Origin: Camelus dromedarius
Taxonomy: Eukaryota
Direction: 5' to 3'
NCBI RefSeq assembly: GCF_036321535.1
Contig: NC_087437.1
Location: forward strand, 8,122,001 to 8,186,000
Length of the DNA: 64,000 nucleotides
In this document: positions 38,391 through 52,139 of the stretch, one piece after another
How the letters are laid out: each line of letters begins with the position of its first letter
Numbering within the stretch: the first letter of the stretch is position 1
Notes under the pieces: model-generated
Told to the model about the DNA's origin: nothing
Databases searched by the model: none
What the model saw: the letters and a program-made list of their open reading frames with translations, nothing else
Program-made: the position numbers and the translations under genes

Positions 38391-39149
38391 CGCTTTCTGT
38401 TTTCTGAGTAGTCAGTATTACATTTACACTACACATTAAAGTTCTCCCACAAATGGAACAGGTGCTTTTCTTTTTTTAAACTGTGATTTTTTTTGAAGGA
38501 TTGTTAAAAAACATATTGTTCATCTAACTACTCCAGTCTGAGAATTACAAGTATTGTGTACTGGTTACATTACATATTACCTCTGTCCCTTTGTATGGAA
38601 ACCCCTTCCTGTTAACCTGCTGGGCCTCTTTAAAGAGAGCGTGACTCCTTTGTCCCATCAAGGATACTCTGCCTTGTCTTTACTTACTTACGGGAGTTAA
38701 GAGTATCCATAGTTTTCAGTCATCTGTACCAATGCTGCTTCCTTTCATTGCCACAAATAATCAGGAACTGGTTATACATGAAATTAATTCAATAAATAAG
38801 TGCCTTCTTTTTTTAAGGTATTTTCAGCAATTATTAACTCTAAGTAGAGTATCTAAAACAATTCAGAGTGGTTTTTACTGGAAGAACAAAGTTTATTCTG
38901 TATTTAACATCTGTTCAGTTTCCTTTAAGGGGCTAGCAAGACTTGTTTTTCTATTCAGATTCAAAAACATCTAATGAGGAAAAGAGTATTAAAATTAAGA
39001 AAAACAAGATTAGTTTCAAAGTTAACAGTCTTTTACCTTATCAATTCATGGCCAGGACTTTAAGAGTTAAGCATTGTGGTTAAGGAGGGCTTTGGGGGAC
39101 AGTGGACAAACTCTGTATTCACACTGTTTAATTTAAAATTCTAGTTCCA

Positions 39150-39488
39150 AAGGAAAATACCATATAATACCACTTATGTGTGGAATCTTTAAAAAAAAAA
39201 AAACGCAAATGAACTTATCTACAAAACAGGAAGACTCACAGACATAGAGAACAAACTTTTGGTTACCAGGGGGTAAAGGGGGTGGGAAGGGATAAATTGG
39301 GAATTTGAAATTTTCACCACTTGGGGAGTGATGGAAATGTTAGCTGTCTTGGTGGTGGTGGTTTCATTGGTGTATACATCTGTCAAAATTCATTAAATTT
39401 TACATATGAAATATGTGTAGTTTACTGTACAGGAACCATACCACAATAAAGGTGTTCAAAAATAAATAAATAAAATAAAAAAGTAAAA
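39150..39488 (+). mobile_element. Chimeric L1 3' insertion inside a MIR
   Basis: TSD TAAAATTCTAGYTCCA at 39134-39149 and 39489-39504; MIR-like sequence flanks both sides. Confidence 0.75.
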
Positions 39489-41955
39489 TAAAATTCTAGC
39501 TCCACAGCTACATAAGATTTATTTTCCTCTTATATTAAATGGAAATAATAGTAACTAACTTGAAAGGTTTTTTGTAAGGATGAAATGAAAGTACATGTAC
39601 ATTTCTTGGCACAGTGCCCAGTACACAGTAAAATGCTTATTAAATGTTAGCTGTTACCCCTACCATCACCACCATTACTTTCTGCTGAGTCATTTTTATC
39701 ATTGTTTATATTTTTGTTGTATTGTCATGACATGCCATTATTTTAGAGTCATGACTGTTCCACCTAGTCCATAGCATTTGATTTAGGATTTGACAGTGTT
39801 AATGAATTTTATATCCAGATTTTCTTCTCCTGGAGGCTAAAGTTTCTCATTAAAAATTATAGGAACAAATAAGATGTAAAAAACTTCATGAGGAAGTACT
39901 TCCTAAATTTGAGCCTTCCTAAAAATGGAGTTTTTGCAGATTCCTTCAGATAGATAGCATGAACATTTACGACTAATTCTCTTTAAATTCTGTTTGGTAA
40001 ATTCTTACCGATTACCCTCCCATTCATTGGTTTTCACAAGAGTGGTTAGTCATGCATATTAACTGCCTGCTACCTACATCAGCTAAGTTATTTGTTGAAG
40101 TTTTCTCAGAGGGAGAAATTACACAGTTAAATAGAGTGCTACGTGTATGCAGATATTAAAGTTGCTTCCTGAACTGAGAGATAAAAGCTAGCTAGGAAAT
40201 TTAAATTTGAATAACCATGTTTTTCCTGTGGTTAGTAAGATTTCTATGACTGCCCTTCACTTGTTAGCCTTCAGAAGGAGTTGTTTGTGTAAGTGTACTG
40301 TCTGCATTTGTTTACTTCTTTTATCTATTTGCACCTGCATATTGTTTTCAATTAAAAGTACTTCTGAGAAGGGACAGAAGATCTGAGACAAACCACATTT
40401 GGCATATGATTTTCAATTCAGGAGAAAAATGGTTTTTGAAATATTCATTATTCTTTCTGCTATGGTGAGCATTAAAATTTGTGGAAGTTAATCCTTTGGT
40501 TTCAAGTGAAAGAATATTATCTTTATGCATAGTAATATTTCCTTCTAGAAAATACATATTCAGTATTTGAGAAAGGTTGTAGTACTCAGAGAAGTTGGTA
40601 AAGGTTTGGTATTCTATACATTTGTACCAGTTCTGACCTAAGAAGTTTTAATAGCCTTAACATCAGTTATTCTTCAATGCCCCAGTTAAAAATGTTATCA
40701 TATATCGCTACTTAAATATTGCTGTGAATCAGGAACCACTAAGCTTGGCTTCAGTCCTGGCAAACTCTTACAGACAGCCCTGTTTACACATTTATAAAAT
40801 GGGAGGATTGAGCTAAATTAGGATTCTTCTAAAACAGACTATTTTAAAAGTGTGTACTCTCTTCCGCATTAAACAACACAATCAATACAGTTAAACTGTT
40901 TTTTCCTCTTAACTTTTGTTTCACAATTTGGGATCGTAGACGTCTGTTCTTGTCCTGTCTTACTTGATTCATTGATGCCCTCTGTGCTGCTGAAGTATTC
41001 AGTGCTGTTTGGTAGAATGATTTTGCCAATTAGCTCTAACTATGGTGAACCGCCTCTATTGAGTCACTGATTTGCTGCTTTTATTCTGTTATATACTGGG
41101 AAATAAGATTATAAAGCTTCTCTAAAACTCATTTACTTAAGAGATTTCCCAAGCTCCTAACACTGTGCTAAGTACTAGAAATCAAAGTTGACCTTTCCCC
41201 CTTTTGGGTCTTAACACCATAATAACCTGATGTTACTTATATGTAACCTTCCTTATGATGCATGGTGCATTAATTCACCATAGGATAACATTTGGAGTCA
41301 TCATTGAGAGCCTTTTGTTAATAGGCCTCTTGGTGGAGAATGGGGTGAGTTACAGTGAGAAAAACAACAGAAGTCATTCCAGAGGTTTTTGCTTTTTGAT
41401 CACACTATTTTGATGTAAATATGAATTTTAACTGTCAGCTTACTAAATTCTTGAAGGTAAGAGTGAAATCACATACTGGATTTTGAAAATGAGAAATAAC
41501 CCTTAGTGTTTTACACGTGTTGCAAAACACTCTTGGAGGTAGGTGTTGATGAACAGTATTCACCCTCTTTTCCAGGTAACGTAGATGAGGAAGGGTAGCA
41601 GCCATATGAGGAACCGACCGTTCATGGTTTTTTAGCCTGTTTCCAAAGTTAAAGATAGGTGCTCTGTGGACTCAGAAAGACAAGAGAGAGTAATGTGATG
41701 ATGTGGGACTGTAGTCACTCTAATTATCAGACACCTTCAGCATTTCTCAGTCAAAAAATAGTTACTTATCCTTGCATAAAACTGGAGTCAGAAGGGGTTC
41801 CACTTAGTTGATATCAGTTCTATTTGAGGGGTAACATGAATGTATCTTGGACACATAGGTTACTTTAACAAGAGGACTTGAACCTAGAGAATCCTACTAT
41901 TACATTCAAATCTATGTATTTTCTCCTTTTTATGAGATTTGAAATATATCAGACT

Positions 41956-42087
41956 GGGGGGAGGTAATAGCTCAGTGGTAGAGTGTGTGCCTAGCATGCA
42001 CAAGGTCCTGGGTTCAAGCCCCAGTACCTCCATTAAAAATAGATAAATAAAAACCTAATTACCTCCTCTCCAAACACACAAAAAAAT
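41956..42087 (+). mobile_element. tRNA-derived SINE (Vic-1-like), long form
   Basis: A/B boxes and the same 3' extension (aataaa..cctaattacctc) as the 728 copy. Confidence 0.88.
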
Positions 42088-42124
42088 TAGACCTACTAAT
42101 CCTTTTTTATTTTTCACTTTAATA

Positions 42125-42582
42125 CTGTCCCAGTTATCTGCTGCTCAGAAATGAATGACTCCAGAGCTTAGTCATTTAAAACAATTATTAGCCGTTTGGT
42201 TCTGGGAGTTGAGCAGGCTTAGGTGATTCTCTGACCTCATAGGTGGCAGTCAGTGCTGGGGCCAGAATCATCTCAACACACCTGGCAGCTCATTCTCGCT
42301 GTTTGTTGGGACCTCAGCTGGGGCTGTCAGCCAGAACACTTAGATGTGGCCTTGCCACTTGGTGTGGGTTTCCTCACAGCATGACGGCTAGGTTCAGACA
42401 TGAATGTCCCCAGAATACCAGGCAGAAGCCAGGTAGCTTTTTATGACCTACCCCCAGAAGTCACATAGATAGCATCAGTTATGTTCGAGTCACAGGCTTG
42501 CACAGATTTGAGGAAAGAATGTCAGCATCATGTAAGAAGGATATGCAGGACCTTCTTGTGACCATCTTGGAAAATACAGTCT
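42125..42582. mobile_element. MaLR solo LTR (MLT1F-like)
   Basis: ctgtttgttgggacctcagctggggctgtcagccagaacac...catcttggaaaatacagtct. Confidence 0.7.
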
Positions 42583-43759
42583 GATTTTTGATATCATTTT
42601 ATGAAGAGTGTCCTCATTTTTCTTGGCTGTAACAGTATTCTATTGAATGGATCATATCAATATATGTTTAATCAGTTCTGGTTTTATGTTTTGGGTGTTA
42701 ACAGTGCTGCAGTGAATAATTCATAGTCTTTTCTCACATGTTCTAAGTATTTCTGTAGCATAAATTCCTCAAAGTTGATGGTTGTATCAAAAGTTATATA
42801 CACTTGTAATTCTGATAAATTTTTTCCACACTGCCGTCCAAACAGCAATGCACCGAATACCTGTTAACCCTATTTTACTAACTCAAGGTAGTGTCATACT
42901 TACAGAATTTTGCCATTCTTACATGCATTGCTCTCTGCATTTTTTAATGTACGTTTTCCCATAACAGGAGTAAGGTCAAGCATCTTTTCATTCATATTTT
43001 TAAGAGCCCATTGTGTTTCCATTCTCTGTGAACTATTGATAACTTCATGATATTTGTATGTAGTTTCATTTGTAGTAGTTATACTATTGTTTCATTTATT
43101 AATAATACTTAATATCTCTGTATTGTATTCATATTTATTTTAGTAACTGGAAATCTATTTTTTAACAATACCCTTATTGTTGGACATTTAATGTTTGCAT
43201 TTTTGTTTGCTGTCTTACATAATCATCTTATAGTGGCTTCTTGGACTTTTTTTCCTTCTGGGCTTATTTCTGTAAGATTAATTTCTCCATGTGGTTACTG
43301 AACCAAAGTACTTTTATCAAATGATTATGGGATCAAAAAGATTCTAGTGTTTTCATCAGTTCTTTTTTCCCTTAGGAATAGATACTTCCAGTTTCTTTGA
43401 GCCTTGCTTGGCATAGATAATTATATTCTGGGATTACAGGTTTTCTGTAACTGTTACTCTGGGGTTTAGTCTTCTCTGTCTCTTCTCCCATCTTTAGCTT
43501 ACCCTTTTCCATTCTTACATTGTAAAATTCTCAGATAGTAAAACTTTTATTTTAAGCTTACATAGTGGATAGGCTTATTGCTAAGCATTAAAGAGTCACT
43601 TTCAAGGCCAGTAGTGTTTTAAAGGCCTGGTAGATTTCCTTCAGGCCTGGGAAGTATTAAGTGCTGAAGTCTTGAAGCAGATGCAGAAAGGGATATCTCC
43701 AAGGAGAAGGGGGAAAGAAGCTTCCTTTGCAGAATAGCCTGGGCACTATCCTTGCACAT

Positions 43760-45165
43760 TATCTTTGATTTTCTGTAGTTTGAAAATGATATGCCTCAGT
43801 GTAGATTTTTCAGCATTTTATCTTTCTTGGTGTTCTCTGAGCTTTCTAGATCAATAATTTGGTAACTTACATTAATTTGGGGAAATCTTTGGTCTTTATT
43901 GATTCAAATATTCTATTCCTTTCTTCTTCTGGTATTCCCATTATGAATATATTACACATTTTGTAGGTGTCCCACAGTCCTTGGATATTCCCTTCTGTTT
44001 TTCAGTCTTTGTTCTCTATATTTCAGTCTTGGAGGTTTCTATTGATATACCTCAAAGTCTGAAAGTCTTTCCTCAGCCATAGGCAGTCTTCTGATAAGCC
44101 TATCAAAAAAGGCATTCTTTCTGTTACAGTGTTTTTGATCTTTGACAGTTTTCAGGGGCCTAAGATTTCCACCTCTGCTGCTGCTGACTATCTATGTTTG
44201 CTTTCTGTCTTCACCATTAGAGTCCTTAGCACGTTAATCCTAGTTGTTTTAAATTCTCGATCTGGTAATTCCATCTCTGCCATGTCTGGTTCTGATGCTT
44301 GCTCTGTCTCTGCAGTCTGTTTTTTTCCCTTTAGTGATTTTCCCTTGTGATTTTTTTCTTGCTAGCTGGATATGATACAGTGAGTAAAAGCAACTGCTGT
44401 AAATAGGCCTTTAGTAGTGTGGTAGAGAGTTGGGGCAGGGAGGAACCATTCTGTGTAATCTTATGAATAAGTCTGTCTTGCAGTGAGCCTGTTTGTTCGA
44501 ACAGTGAACTTCACAAGTGTTCATCAGTTCTTTTCTCCCTCCCTGAGATGAGGCAGGATGGCTAGAATGGGCTGGAATTAGAGATTTCCCTTCTCCCCAA
44601 TGGAGGGATAGAACTGGCTTGAGTTGGACGTATTTTCCCCCAGGTCAGTTAGAGTCTAATAATATTCCAGCAGGTTATGTTCAGATTAACCAGTTTCTCA
44701 TGGATTCAGGCTTTGTTAAGAACAAGGTAGTCTTGTTTATTTCAAATGGTTCCTTTTGCCAGAAGCACGAGGGGATTTTTTCTCTGATATTTTCTGTGAG
44801 AACCTAGTCAGATTCCTGGAGATAAAACTCACCAAAGTGTGGTGCCCCACCCCCACCCCATGACTACTGAGTTCCCCTAGAGTTTTTAACTCAGACTTGT
44901 CCATACCTAACCTCCAGCGATTTGTTGATTACAGTTCTAGTGTTCCTTCACCAGCACTGGTTTCCTCAGATTTCTGCTCTCAGATGTTGTGGGGGTTTTT
45001 GTATCTACTTGTCTGTCTCTCCAATTTGGGGGGCAGCAGATTGCCGTGTGACCTCACTTCTCTTTCAGATCTAAGAACAACTATTAATTTTTCAGTTTGT
45101 TCAGCTTTCCATTTGTTAGGATGGAGTGGCAACTTCTAAGCTCCTTATATGCAGAACCAGAAGTC
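43760..45165 (-). mobile_element. Old L1 5'/ORF1 region (L1MD/L1M4-like)
   Basis: Antisense ORF1-type phrases (ttggtgttctctgagctt, tctggtattcccattat) and 5'-end-type aagctccttatatgcagaaccagaagt. Confidence 0.6.
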
Positions 45166-45799
45166 ATCTTTCCCTGCACACCATAGGAATTTTTTAAAGT
45201 ACTGTTCAAACTATTTAACAAAGTATCTGTTGTCCATAGATAAAATGCTTCCCAATTTAATACTTGTTACATCATTTTTATATCAATCCAATCTGGTAAG
45301 TAGACTTTATAAGGATTATGCCCTTGATGTGGTAACCACAGACTCTCAGCCTTGAAGGTTCAATTACTGGTTTTATCAATTCATTCTAGGTGATCAGGTT
45401 TGGTGTACTAAATAGTAACCAAATTCAAACTCCTAAGACTAATTTTAAAACAATGTGCATTAGTGTGCTATGAAAAATACTAGTACAGTAATGTTCAACT
45501 GGTGTCTTGTGAGCTTATGTCCTGGCTTAGTGGATTCCCTTAGAAGAGTTGGGTGTCCTTTAAGAGTAATTGTCAAACTATGATAGCAAAAACACTGACT
45601 TCCGTTACTCTTGGATTATTTCTGAAAAAATTATAAGAATTAGGTCTTTTAAAAATAGTATCTTACTCCCAGACAGTGTTGGAGAAAAACTGATTATTAC
45701 TCTTTACTTCATTTTGCATGACTCTCCCCTTTATATCTTTAATATTTTCTACTATTGCATTCATTTGGCGACAGTTACCTTAAGGTGTTGCTTGAATAA

Positions 45800-45974
45800 T
45801 TTTTGTTATGGTAAAATATACATGATAAAAAATTTATAGTTTTAACCATTTTTAAGTGTGCAGTTCTGTGGCATTAGGTACATTCACATTGTGTAGACAT
45901 CACCATGCCCACCTTCAGAACTTTATCTTCCTCGGCTGAAACTCTACCCATTAAACAGTAAATCTCCATTTTCC

Positions 45975-46005
<31 letters not shown>

Positions 46006-46720
46006 GCACACACACCCGTGGCAAATAACATCTTCTATGAATTTGACTACCGTAAGAACCTCGTGAGAGAAATTAGATGATATTTGTCCTTTTGTGACTG
46101 GCTTACTTAATGTAATATGTCATCAAGATTCATCCATACTGTAATGTGTCAAAATTTCCTTCCTTTTTAAGGCAGGATAATATTCCATTGTATGTATATA
46201 TCATATTTTGCTTATTCGTTCATCCTTTGATGGACTCTTGGATCTCTTCCATCTTTGGGTTATTATAGCAATGCCGTGAACAGTGGTGTACAAATATCTT
46301 TCACATCTTTTGGGTATATACCTGGAAATGGAATTTTCTGATCATTTGATAATTCTGTGTTTAATATTTTTGAGTAATTTCGATACCATTTTCCACAGCA
46401 GCTGCACCATTTTTCATTCCCACCATCAGTGGACAAGGATTTCAATTTCTCCACATCCTTGCAAATTTTTGTTTTCTGTTGTTTTGATAATAGCTATTCT
46501 AATGAGTGTAAAGTAGTCTCATTGTAGTATTGATTTGCATTTTCATAATGATTAGTGATGTTGAGAATCTTTTAATGTGCTTCTTGACCATTTATGAAAT
46601 GTGGAGAAATGTTTACCAAAGTCCTTTGTCCATTTTTCTTATTGGGTAGTTTATGTTTTCATGTTGCTAAGTTGTAGGAGTTCTTTATGTATTCTGGATA
46701 TCAATCCCTTATCAGATGCT
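45800..46720 (-). mobile_element. L1MA/MB-like 3' end with internal (CA)n
   Basis: ttttaagtgtgcagttctgtggcattaggtacattcacattg; degenerate ORF2 C-terminus. Confidence 0.85.
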
Positions 46721-48422
46721 TAACCCCTATCAGATGCTTACTGATTTTTAAGAATGAGCTCAATGTGATGAGTATTCCCAGATCATCTCATAAGGTGGAC
46801 TTTGGGCATATTGCTGTCTTTATACATGATCTGTATAGTAAAATATTTTACCTTGTTGCCAGGCTTTTGGAGTATTTTCTGTTTGGGTTTAATGACTGTA
46901 TACTTTCCTCTGCGCCAGTCTGTTTTTATCACCTTTCTTCTCTTCACCCTCTGATTAGTTGAAACGTGACTCTTCTCTGAATACATGGTCTTTGTCTTCT
47001 TTTCTGCCATATCTACTGGGTACTCCCTCCTATACTACACATACAATTTTAAGGAAAATAAAAATGGCTTCAGGTTTTATTTTGGCTGTTGTTGGCTCTT
47101 ACTTAGACCATTCATGTATTCTTGTCTGTGTGCAGTTTTATCATTTGAAGTCACTGCTCATCTGTCTGATAAAATTCATTATAATATTACCGTTGCACTC
47201 ATTTTTCCAGCAAACCAATTTCTACCTTCATGGATAACTTTGGTAACTGGTTCTTGATGCCATTTGATCAGTTCCTGCCTATCTTTGTCCCTGATTAGGT
47301 CTTCAACTTGGAGTGTGATCCAGATCCATTGAACTCATCCACTGACTTAACTTGGCTCTGAAAACTTTGCTTCCCCTAAACATCACTTATAAACAACCTC
47401 TAATTTGGATTTTATGATCACAAGCCTCTGATCTACATCTGAGATCTTGAACAAGGCCCTTTCCCTCTCTAACAACTACAGCCTTTTTATAGGGCCCCAA
47501 ATCCACCACTTTCATGACAGTTTTATGTAAGGGAGAACATTCTGTCATATACATATATATTTACTTTTTGGGAATTAAGAGGTCACTTTATAACCATTTT
47601 AAATTTAATTGCTTCTTAATGCTTACCAAGCCACTGGTGCCTTTTCATATATATATTAGGTTATTTGAGTATAAAGATGTGTTCTCCCTGCTCTCCTGCT
47701 CCCTCGTCATCTTTTGGAGATTCCATGAGATACTAGGTTAACGAATATTAGCATTTTCATGGCTTTGCCACATATTGGTAGAATTGTTTCCAAAACAGTT
47801 ACACAGTATCTCCAGCAGAGCGTGAGTTTTTGCCACATTCTCTGTTCTATTTTAATTTTTTCACTTTGCTGAGTAAGGGATAAAGCTTAACCATTTTTGC
47901 TGTGAGGATGATTTTGTTGATTACTAGTGGTGTTGACTTTTTTCTGTGTTACATTCCTTATGTGAACTTCCTTTACACATTTACCTTTGATGCTTTTCAA
48001 GTTTTCTTAAGATTTATATGAACTTTCTACGTACTAAAAATTAATCTCATAACATCCACTGTAGAAATTTTCCTGTGTTTGCCCCTGTGTTCTGAATGTA
48101 AGATACATGTTTTACAAACCTAAAGTCTCTTAAATTTTATGTTACCAAACCTGACAGTCTTAGAATTTTTGGTCAATTCTAGTAAAGTAATTCTTCCCTA
48201 TCAAATTTGATAAAATAATAAGTTGAGAGTTGAGTGATACTGATTCCTCGGTTTTTCTCTTTTTTGTCCTGTTTAGTTCAGGTAGAATCACTTTAGTTGC
48301 TAGTTTAACCTTTTTTTTTAATGAGTTGTTAACCTTGGGTTAATGCCGTTGATTCAGATGTTTTCTCCCTTGCCCTGTATGTTGTAGGGTCTCCTCCTTC
48401 CTTTTTAATTATCAAGGTCTTA

Positions 48423-49095
48423 CACACTATAGGCCTTTGGTATTTGCAGATTTAACATTTACAGTTTCAGCTACTCTCAGCTGACCCTGAGATCTGTCAT
48501 CTAGTGATTTGTAGTTTTGCTGAGACTGAAATGTTACTTGCTTGCTGCCAGGCTTGCAGATAATTGGAACTGATCATGTGAGCTCAAAGTGGGAGCCTAT
48601 TAGACAGGCCAGCACCCGCATCTCAACGCAGCTTTGTTTTTCTCTACTTGTCGTCGCGTACACAGTAACTCTCCAAGTGATAAAAGCTGTTTCTTTGTGA
48701 AATATGGGCCCGAAAAGAAAACCAACCGCTAGTGCTGGTGATGGAAGTGAAGAGAAAATGAAGAGGTCTAAGAAAGTGATGGTTCTTAGCCAGAAAATAG
48801 ACGTTTTGGATAAATTAAAGTGGTTTTGCAGATTCAGGTAAGTTTGTGGTTGGTTAATGTCACTACAGTATTTATGTAGTAATTTATATTTTGAGTGCTA
48901 GAATTTATTTTTATGACTTTATAAATGACCAGTAATGTATTTTTAGAAGCACCAAGTGTTTAAAGATGTCAGCTATACTTCACTGACTTTTATGGGGGAG
49001 ATTAAAAACTTTGGTAGCATTTGAAAATCTGAGAATTTGGGGGAAATCTTGATGCTTTTGCGGTACATAATGCTTACAGTACTGGGGTATCCTGT
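48423..49095 (+). mobile_element. Tigger-like DNA transposon remnant (Tigger13a-like from memory); right end uncertain
   Basis: TIR-like left end taggcctttggtatttgcagatttaacatttacagtttc; ATG 48704 opens MGPKRK...KRSKKVMVLSQKIDVLDKLK resembling the pogo/Tigger N-terminal HTH. Confidence 0.7.
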
Positions 49096-52000
49096 TCCTG
49101 TCATATTTCTGTCCTTGTGGCACTACAGCACTTTTACATGGTCTTAATGTGTTTTTGATGTGCCCTAAAACTCAGTCCCCTGGCCTCTAATATTGGTCTT
49201 TTTCTCCTCCCTCCAAATTACACTCTCTTTATCATACCACGTGAACAGGATGGTGTTATCAAATTAAAAAGATCTTATTGGTATTTTGTTTGAGATGCTG
49301 CTAGTTACATAATAACTTGAGAAGAGCGAGGCCTTTTGAAATACCTATTTTTTTTTTCCTATTTGGGAACTGTGTATCTAGTCAAATGTTACTGAAATAG
49401 CCCCAAAATATTTCTACATATCTTTTATGAACTTCAGCAAACCAGTTTGAACACTTACATGAACTGAGTTTATATTAGATGTTGGATATGGACGAGAGTA
49501 GCTAGTTTCTCAAGGAACTCCCAGTCTAGGAGAAGAAAAAGATAATGTGTAAACTAGTGATTTTTAGAAGTGTAAAACATGTTCTTACACAGGCAACTCT
49601 GGGAGCCCAAAGGTAGGACCTACTGAAAGGGTGTGATGAAGGATGGTTTCTAAGAGGATCTGCGGGGTTAATTGATAATTCTTGTTCTTGGTTAATTTGA
49701 TTAGGATCCATCTTCGTCCCAGCATAACGCTGAAAACCTGGTCATTGTGTATTGTAAGCCTATGACTTTGATCTGTTCCAACCAATTTAAAAAACTTACT
49801 ATCTTTTTATTTTAACTGATGCCTTTGGATTTTCATTGTCTTGCCTCTTCCAAGTAATGTCTTTTTCTAATAATTTCTTACTTTATTTTAAGAATATCTG
49901 AAGTGATATTACATGATCTTGATAGTGGTCATTCTTTGGTTTCTAGGTTTAGAGAGACTGCCTAAGAGCTTTGCTATTAAGCAAAATGCTGGTTTCAGGC
50001 TTAAGGATGGAATGCACACTTGATAAATTTTAAGGAAGAATTCTTTGTGTGTGTTAGGATTGGGTATTGAATCAAATGACCTTTAGTAATTTTTTAAAAT
50101 AATACATGATTTTTCTTTTTTAGCCTACTGGTATAATAGCTTTGTATTTTCTTCAAGAATCTACTTGGGCATGGACTATTGTTCTTTTAATGTATTTGTT
50201 GGAAATTTCCCTTTCCTGTATTTTGTCATTTTTATACATGCATTTATAAAAAAGATTGGTGGCCTTCTGTGATGTCTTTAACTGGTTTGAGAATCAGATT
50301 ATATTTTCTTTAAGGCAGCATTATTAATAATTATTTCCCTGAGCCTAGAATTGACTTATGGAACTGTAAATGAATATTTTTGTTAGCAGTGTACTTTGTG
50401 GTTATGGAAAAGAGAAAACAAAGTCTGAATGCAAATTGTAATCCAATGTTTTTCAAGTTGTATCAAACTATACTTGTGAGAAAAGGGTTGTATTTTGTGA
50501 TCCATTCCTTACGTATTTCCTCTTTTATTAAAAAGGAGTTCTGTCTTAGAGCTTAATTTAAATGTTTAAAACTATTAATTCTGCATAAGAACCTTTCATG
50601 ACTGAAAAAATGACATAGTACTTTCTTGGTATCCTTTACCATAAATACAGGATTTTAAAAAATTGATGTTTTTGGTAATTTTGTATGGTAAAAGAAATTT
50701 GAAATAGAGTATAGTTCACTTGTGAGAATTCACAGAAGTATTAATTTGAATTTAGGTCAAAATAAAGACATTTCCAATTATGATGTTTGCAAAATTGAGA
50801 AGATTATAGTTGCTGATACTAAAGCCAGCACAGCTGCCAGTTGACCTAATAAAAAGAAAAAAACATGAAAAATGTTATGTCTAATATAAAAGAGATATAA
50901 TATCAAATTAGACTTGACATGTTCAGCACGTTGGTATTAACTAGTGAATCTCGTAAGTTTGACATCACTTAATAAACTGCTACAATTTACAGGAATAGAT
51001 CCTAATTCTCTTGCATGATAAGACAGAGTTTTAGAGAACTTTATAACAATTCTGTGCCAGTTTCAGAGGAATTGAATACATCTTGAGCTGAAAGAGGAAG
51101 AAGCTTATCAGCCACTGGTGGATGAGAGCAGCAGGGTTTAACTACCAGAGTCAATGAAGGAATGGAGCTGTAAGGTGTGCTGACCATTGGCCAGCGTGCT
51201 GGGGAAAATGGCTCTGTGTGGGTCTTGTTTAATCTTCAGTGCCACTAACTAAACCTAGAAATTTACCCTAATAGTTGATACTTTAAAGTTCAGTTCACTT
51301 GATTATAACCTACCTCTTAACAAATCAGTGGTTCTTCATGAGTATCCATGTGGTGTCTTTCGTGATGTTTATTCCTAGAGCCAAGAGAGTCATGTTCATA
51401 ATAGACATTTTACTTCCTACTTTTCTCATGAAGCGATTGTGAAATAAGCAATACTGTAATTCTTTGCAAGATATGACAGCAATCTCTTAATTTTAAAATC
51501 AAAAGTATTGTTATAAAATGTTATGTATTAAAATCTGAGAAAAGAACGGATGAAAAAGTACAAATCAAAAAATCCTTGAGGCAAGGAATGAAAGAGCTAT
51601 GAGTTAATGTTTAATGTACAGTTAACAACTAAAGTCTCATAATGTTTGATGAAATAATATTTTTTAAAAATTGACTTAGTGATGATGGACTGGAACTAAA
51701 TCCCCAGAGTATGCCAGTAAACCCCGGGGCAATGGCGCAGGTGGCATGGGGTTGTCAGTACAGATGGTAGTGAGGTGGGTCTGCTGATCCACCCTCCCCC
51801 GTTTTTTCAAGAATATCAATATATATATTTCTTAAATCATTTTACCATTTAAAATTCTTAAATTTACAATTTGTAAAATAATTTAAGAGCTGTATTAATA
51901 AACTTATTTAATATTACAACACTTTTTAAGAATGTAGAAAACACTTTAATCTGTGATTTTGCTACAAAGGTTTTATATGTGAGCATATATTTATCTAGCA

Positions 52001-52139
52001 TTGAAGCATAGCTCTTGCAGGTATTTAAAGCCACTGTTAACTGTGGGTGTGCAGTGTATCAGGTTTCCAGGTGTTTTCTATAGTATGGAAATATTAGGAG
52101 GAAACTGATAAACTTATTGCAGACATTTTCTTCTTTCAG

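Noticed and set aside
51700..51801. Short GC-rich patch with CCCCGGGG palindrome near RAB5A exon 3
   Set aside because: No convincing RNA structure or snoRNA boxes; probably a small old transposon remnant that I cannot assign
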